NCBI GenBank assembly: GCA_013239625.1
Contig: MU053594.1
Location: 274,355 to 338,354 of the forward strand
DNA from: Lama guanicoe
Taxonomy: Eukaryota
Length of the DNA stretch: 64,000 nucleotides
Direction of reading: 5' to 3'
The position numbers were made by a program, and so were the translations under genes. Shown here in pieces: positions 59,955-64,000 of this stretch. Under the pieces are notes generated by a model, which saw only the letters and a program-made list of their open reading frames with translations, did not search any database and was not told the DNA's origin. Every line of letters begins with the position of its first letter. The first letter of the stretch is position 1.

Positions 59955-62267
59955 CTGGAAAAGAGAACTGTCATCGTGAGGATGAAAATAAGAGGAACTT
60001 AGCATCTTAAGGAGACACCGGACTGCTCAGGGCTTGGTGGCTACTAGCAGCATGCAGTTTTCAGCTTCCCTTAATCTGCTTAAGTTCACAGCGAGCTGGG
60101 GGGCTTCTTGGCAGACACTTATTTAAAAGAAGCTGATGGCCTAAGTGCCCAATGGAGAAATCTCATTGTAAACATAAATAAATCAGACCCATCTTCAAAG
60201 ATGCAAGCTGCACCTACAATTCCATTTTCACAGCAATTGTGCATCTTGGAGACAACATCCTTTCTGTATTCCTGTATCACCCCTTCCTGGTACCTAGGAA
60301 ATCTTCCTATGCACTTAACCAAAATGTCACACCCACCTTGGATTTTTCTTTTGATTTTCCATTTGTAATCATTTGTAATTCCAAATTACATAGAAAACCC
60401 AAGCAGAAACATGGACAAACCTCTGAACCCAAAGATCTGTGTGGATTTCTAAGTCATGGGATTAATGAGATTCCAATTCATCCTTTTCTCAGCAAAAAAT
60501 ACATCTGTTCTCTCACTCGGTCTGTCTTTAGATAAAAGGCACTTGTCAGAAAATGAGATCTTCATTTTGGGAAATTCTCTGTGGTTCCAGGGAACAACTA
60601 TTTCCTATATGACCTAGGAATCCTGATTTGTAGAGGAGCAGTGATTGGTGTTGAGGCCGGGGAGGCAAGGGGGAAAGAAGCAAGAGAAGTGAGCACCAGC
60701 AATTGGAAGTGACAAATCTGTGAGGGCTTTCTCGGAATTGCAGAAAGATATTTTGTTCACAAGCTCTGCCAGCCCCTGGGGGATTCAAAGCTTCGCAAAG
60801 TCATTGGGCTGAATCAAATTGCACCCCTCCTGCCACAGCGCAAGGGTGAAATCTATCTGTAGTGTCCTGTGCATGAATTCACCTCAGCTCTCAGTGGTTT
60901 TGACGGTTATTTTGATGAGCTGCTGACGGTGCATTGGATACAGCAGGAAACTGTAAATGAGATATCTTCTCCCCATGCGACAATCCTGTTTATACCCATT
61001 TCTTTATGAACGACGCCATGTCACTTGCCACCACAGGCAGCAATTTCTATGATTTATCAGTATCACTGTGACCAACATGCTCACAATGGCGCTGGAGGTG
61101 CAATTGCAGGCTCATTGTGGGCAGTGGAATATTCACATTTATTACCATCAGAACCAGGAATCTAACGAGCATTTTAACTCCCTAACTATTCACCCGACGA
61201 GATGCTGGAAGTGACAGAAGCTATTCAGGTGTGTAGGACCGAGGCGGGTGGTTCGCATCAGGCATCACCTTTAGTTTTTGTGAACTGTGATCATCCAAAA
61301 AAATGTGCTATGAATCTCTCTACCCGAGACCATTTCTTGCTGAGGGACCCCAGGGGAGAGAAGTCAGAAGCCCAGAGCAAAGCCAGTCTGGTGCTTTTCC
61401 TGCGAACTTCGCTTTGGGCAACTTCACTTTTACTCGCTTGGAAGCCTCCAATTCAAGTCCCAGTTGGGGAAACTCTGAAATGTGTATGTTTCAATACAGG
61501 AAACTACCCAAGACAGAGCTAAGACATAATTCTGAGAAATGAATGTGTGTTGCCCACATCCTTGGCTCATAGAGACTCAAAGCCCCCTCCTTAGGCTCCC
61601 CCACGGATAAACACATATTTTCTGGAACGTGTCAAAGTCTTTGGGTAAAGAGAGAATGTTCTGGAAGCTAGAAATAGGAATAAAAGAGAAACAGGCAGTG
61701 ATAGGAGAAAAATAAGAAGCAAACAAAAGTGTGCTTAAATAAACTACAGGGGGAAAGAATTCTTTGTTTAAAATGGGAAGAAATAATAAATTACATTTCT
61801 GCTATGAATGCAAATTTGCCTGAGGAGAAAGATCAATTACAGGAGTGAGATTAAGGATTTAAGTGACCATTAATTAACAGTAAATTATGCCCCTTGAAAG
61901 CTAATGTGACATTCACACAAGCACTAAACGACTCACAGTTCAGCGATGTTTCAACAGACACTGATGGAAGCCATCAACAGACCCAGGAAAGATTCCTCAC
62001 TAGCCGGCCCCCTTGAATGCTAATCATCAGCTTCAAATAATTCACTTGTAAGATTTCTGGAAAGCAGACTGCGTTAGGAACTGACCTGTGAAGCACTTTC
62101 AGGTGAAGAGAGATTTTAAAAAGATAAGAACACAATAGAATTACTCCTTTGCTTTCTTTGTTTGAATGAGTTACTCGCATACACTCTTACAGTGTTCTGG
62201 GCGCTTTGATGAAAAGAGCTCTTCTTGCTTTGCTGAGTATACCATCCTTAGGATTATGAGAGAGCCA

Positions 62268-62548
62268 CACACATAGAAAACAAACTTCCGGTTACCAAAT
62301 GGGGAAAGGGGCTGGAGGAGGGATGAATTAGGAGCTTGGGATTAGCAGATACAAACTATTATATGTAAAATGGATAAGCAACAAGGTCCTACTGTATAGC
62401 ACAGGGAACTATATTCATTCTCATGTAATAAATCATACTGGAAAAGAACATGAAAAAGAATATATATACACAAACAATTGTATCACTCTGCTATACATGA
62501 GAAACTGACACAACATTGTAAATCAATTAGACATCAATAAAAATAAAA
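62268..62548 (+). mobile_element. LINE-1 3' end (artiodactyl-type)
   Basis: gggattagcagatacaaacta...aacaaggtcctactgtatagcacagggaacta...cacaacattgtaaatcaa...aataaaa. Confidence 0.8.
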
Positions 62549-64000
62549 GAGTCGTACACCCATCTGAGAGGTTACAAGGAAAGAGAAGTCAGGTGTGTGG
62601 TACTACTGAATACCTAACACTGATTAAACAACTTGCTGTATGCCCAGCATGGGGCTAAAATCCCTTTACATGAATTGCCTCATCTAACTTCTACAAGAGC
62701 ATTACGAGATAGGTACTCCACCACTCTGTGAGGAGTCACTTACAGGTGAGGGACTGTAGGCTTGGTGAGCGTGGTACTGCCCAAGGTCATACAGTTTGCA
62801 AGGTGAAGAGGCCAGAATTTAAACAAGACTGATCTGGAGCCAAAGGCCAAGCTCTCACTCTGACACTACACTGACCTGGCTCCCTGAGAATATTAGGAAC
62901 AGCAGTGAGCAATCCTTCAAAAGGAATTGTTGCATGGTATACATTACTGGGCAGAGACAGCCCTGTGAATTTCCGTGTATGTATGATTTCAGGTCAGCAA
63001 TATCTTAACATTTGCGTTGCCCATTACAATTTCGTAATGCTACCTTATTTGGTCTTCATGAACATACAAAATAAACAGTTAACTTACAGAGAACCAGGAT
63101 CTCTAAGGTAAATTGCCTTGCCCAGGGTCACGTGGCTGGTAAATAGTGCCACTGGAACTAAATGGTCCTCCCACCCCTGCACACTGCCTCCAGGGTGCAC
63201 CTGTGAACTGGGAGTTGGTTCAATGCTCTTATATTTACGAACCATCTTGATGTCAACCCAGTAAAAATCCCAAAGGGTGAATTTTTCTGCAACAAATGTT
63301 CTCGGTCAAGCAGTGATTATGAGACACTATTAAAATACTTTTTCTGCCACATTCAGAACAAAAATCAAGCATCATACAAAACATTAGAAAGAGAAATCAT
63401 TAAGGATTTCTTCTGTTTTCTAACCTTCATTTTTCTATTTTATCTTACTTAGTTTAATGTTCACAATTATTTTCTGCTAAGAAACCCATTTGGCATTTAA
63501 TGAAATTTCCTCTGTTTGCATTTTTATAATTAAGATATGCTTTTATCCTTTAAGTTCAACATCCAGGATTTTTATGCTTTAATGATAAGTGGCTATTTTT
63601 CTTCTCTACCCAATGAAAAAATCGTTTCCAGCTGCTTGGCTACCAAATTCCTTCCTCATCTCCATAATTGACTCATTCCACTTCCAGTTATATTTTAAAA
63701 CATGGAAATTCAGATACGAGCTCTAGGAGAACCCTCAAGAAAACGGGGTGCAGGGAAACACCAGCATAAACATAAATTTTTGATTTATGTATGTTTTCTA
63801 AGAATTAGTATCTTAACTCAAATGGTTCAATTCAGTAGAATTAATACTGGCAACACAGAAGTTTAGTTCCAGAAATTTAGAAAAAATATATATATATGTT
63901 AGTTTCTAAAGTATTTTTAAAGGGAATTGTACACTCAACTTGCAAGTTTATGGAGCTTGTCTTTAGAGATAAACTCTTCATTTATACAGACTTTGTGCAG

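Noticed and set aside
60000..64000. HTR3B exon 1
   Set aside because: No ATG plus signal peptide plus phase-1 donor found on the minus strand; it likely lies just beyond the window
1..64000. CRISPR arrays, operons or other prokaryotic systems
   Set aside because: Mammalian intron-exon DNA; no repeat-spacer arrays seen

Overview
Mammalian genomic DNA, very probably a camelid (tRNA-Ala-derived Vic-1-type SINEs). The window holds the tandem serotonin-gated ion channel genes on the minus strand. HTR3A is complete (9 coding exons, 17005->6131, 483 aa). HTR3B exons 2-9 (59954->33375) are present, and its signal-peptide exon 1 probably lies just beyond the right edge. All introns are GT-AG and exon sizes and phases match the known 5-HT3 gene structure. 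The rest is typical eutherian repeat content (L1, L2, MIR, MLT1/MLT2, ERV1-like solo LTRs, MER2/MER5/MER91 DNA transposons, microsatellites) plus several homeodomain-motif-rich enhancer-like blocks. The most unexpected item is a decayed DIRS-type (tyrosine-recombinase) retrotransposon relic in HTR3B intron 2 (~50.4-51.3 kb, possibly to 52.6 kb). Other notable items: a conserved 16-codon HTR3A uORF, a near-consensus REST site 3' of HTR3A, an open in-frame HTR3A intron 7, and substitutions at functionally studied residues (5-HT3A W195L; 5-HT3B MA-helix Q->R, S129). Repeat family names and human/mouse comparisons are from recall, not database searches.
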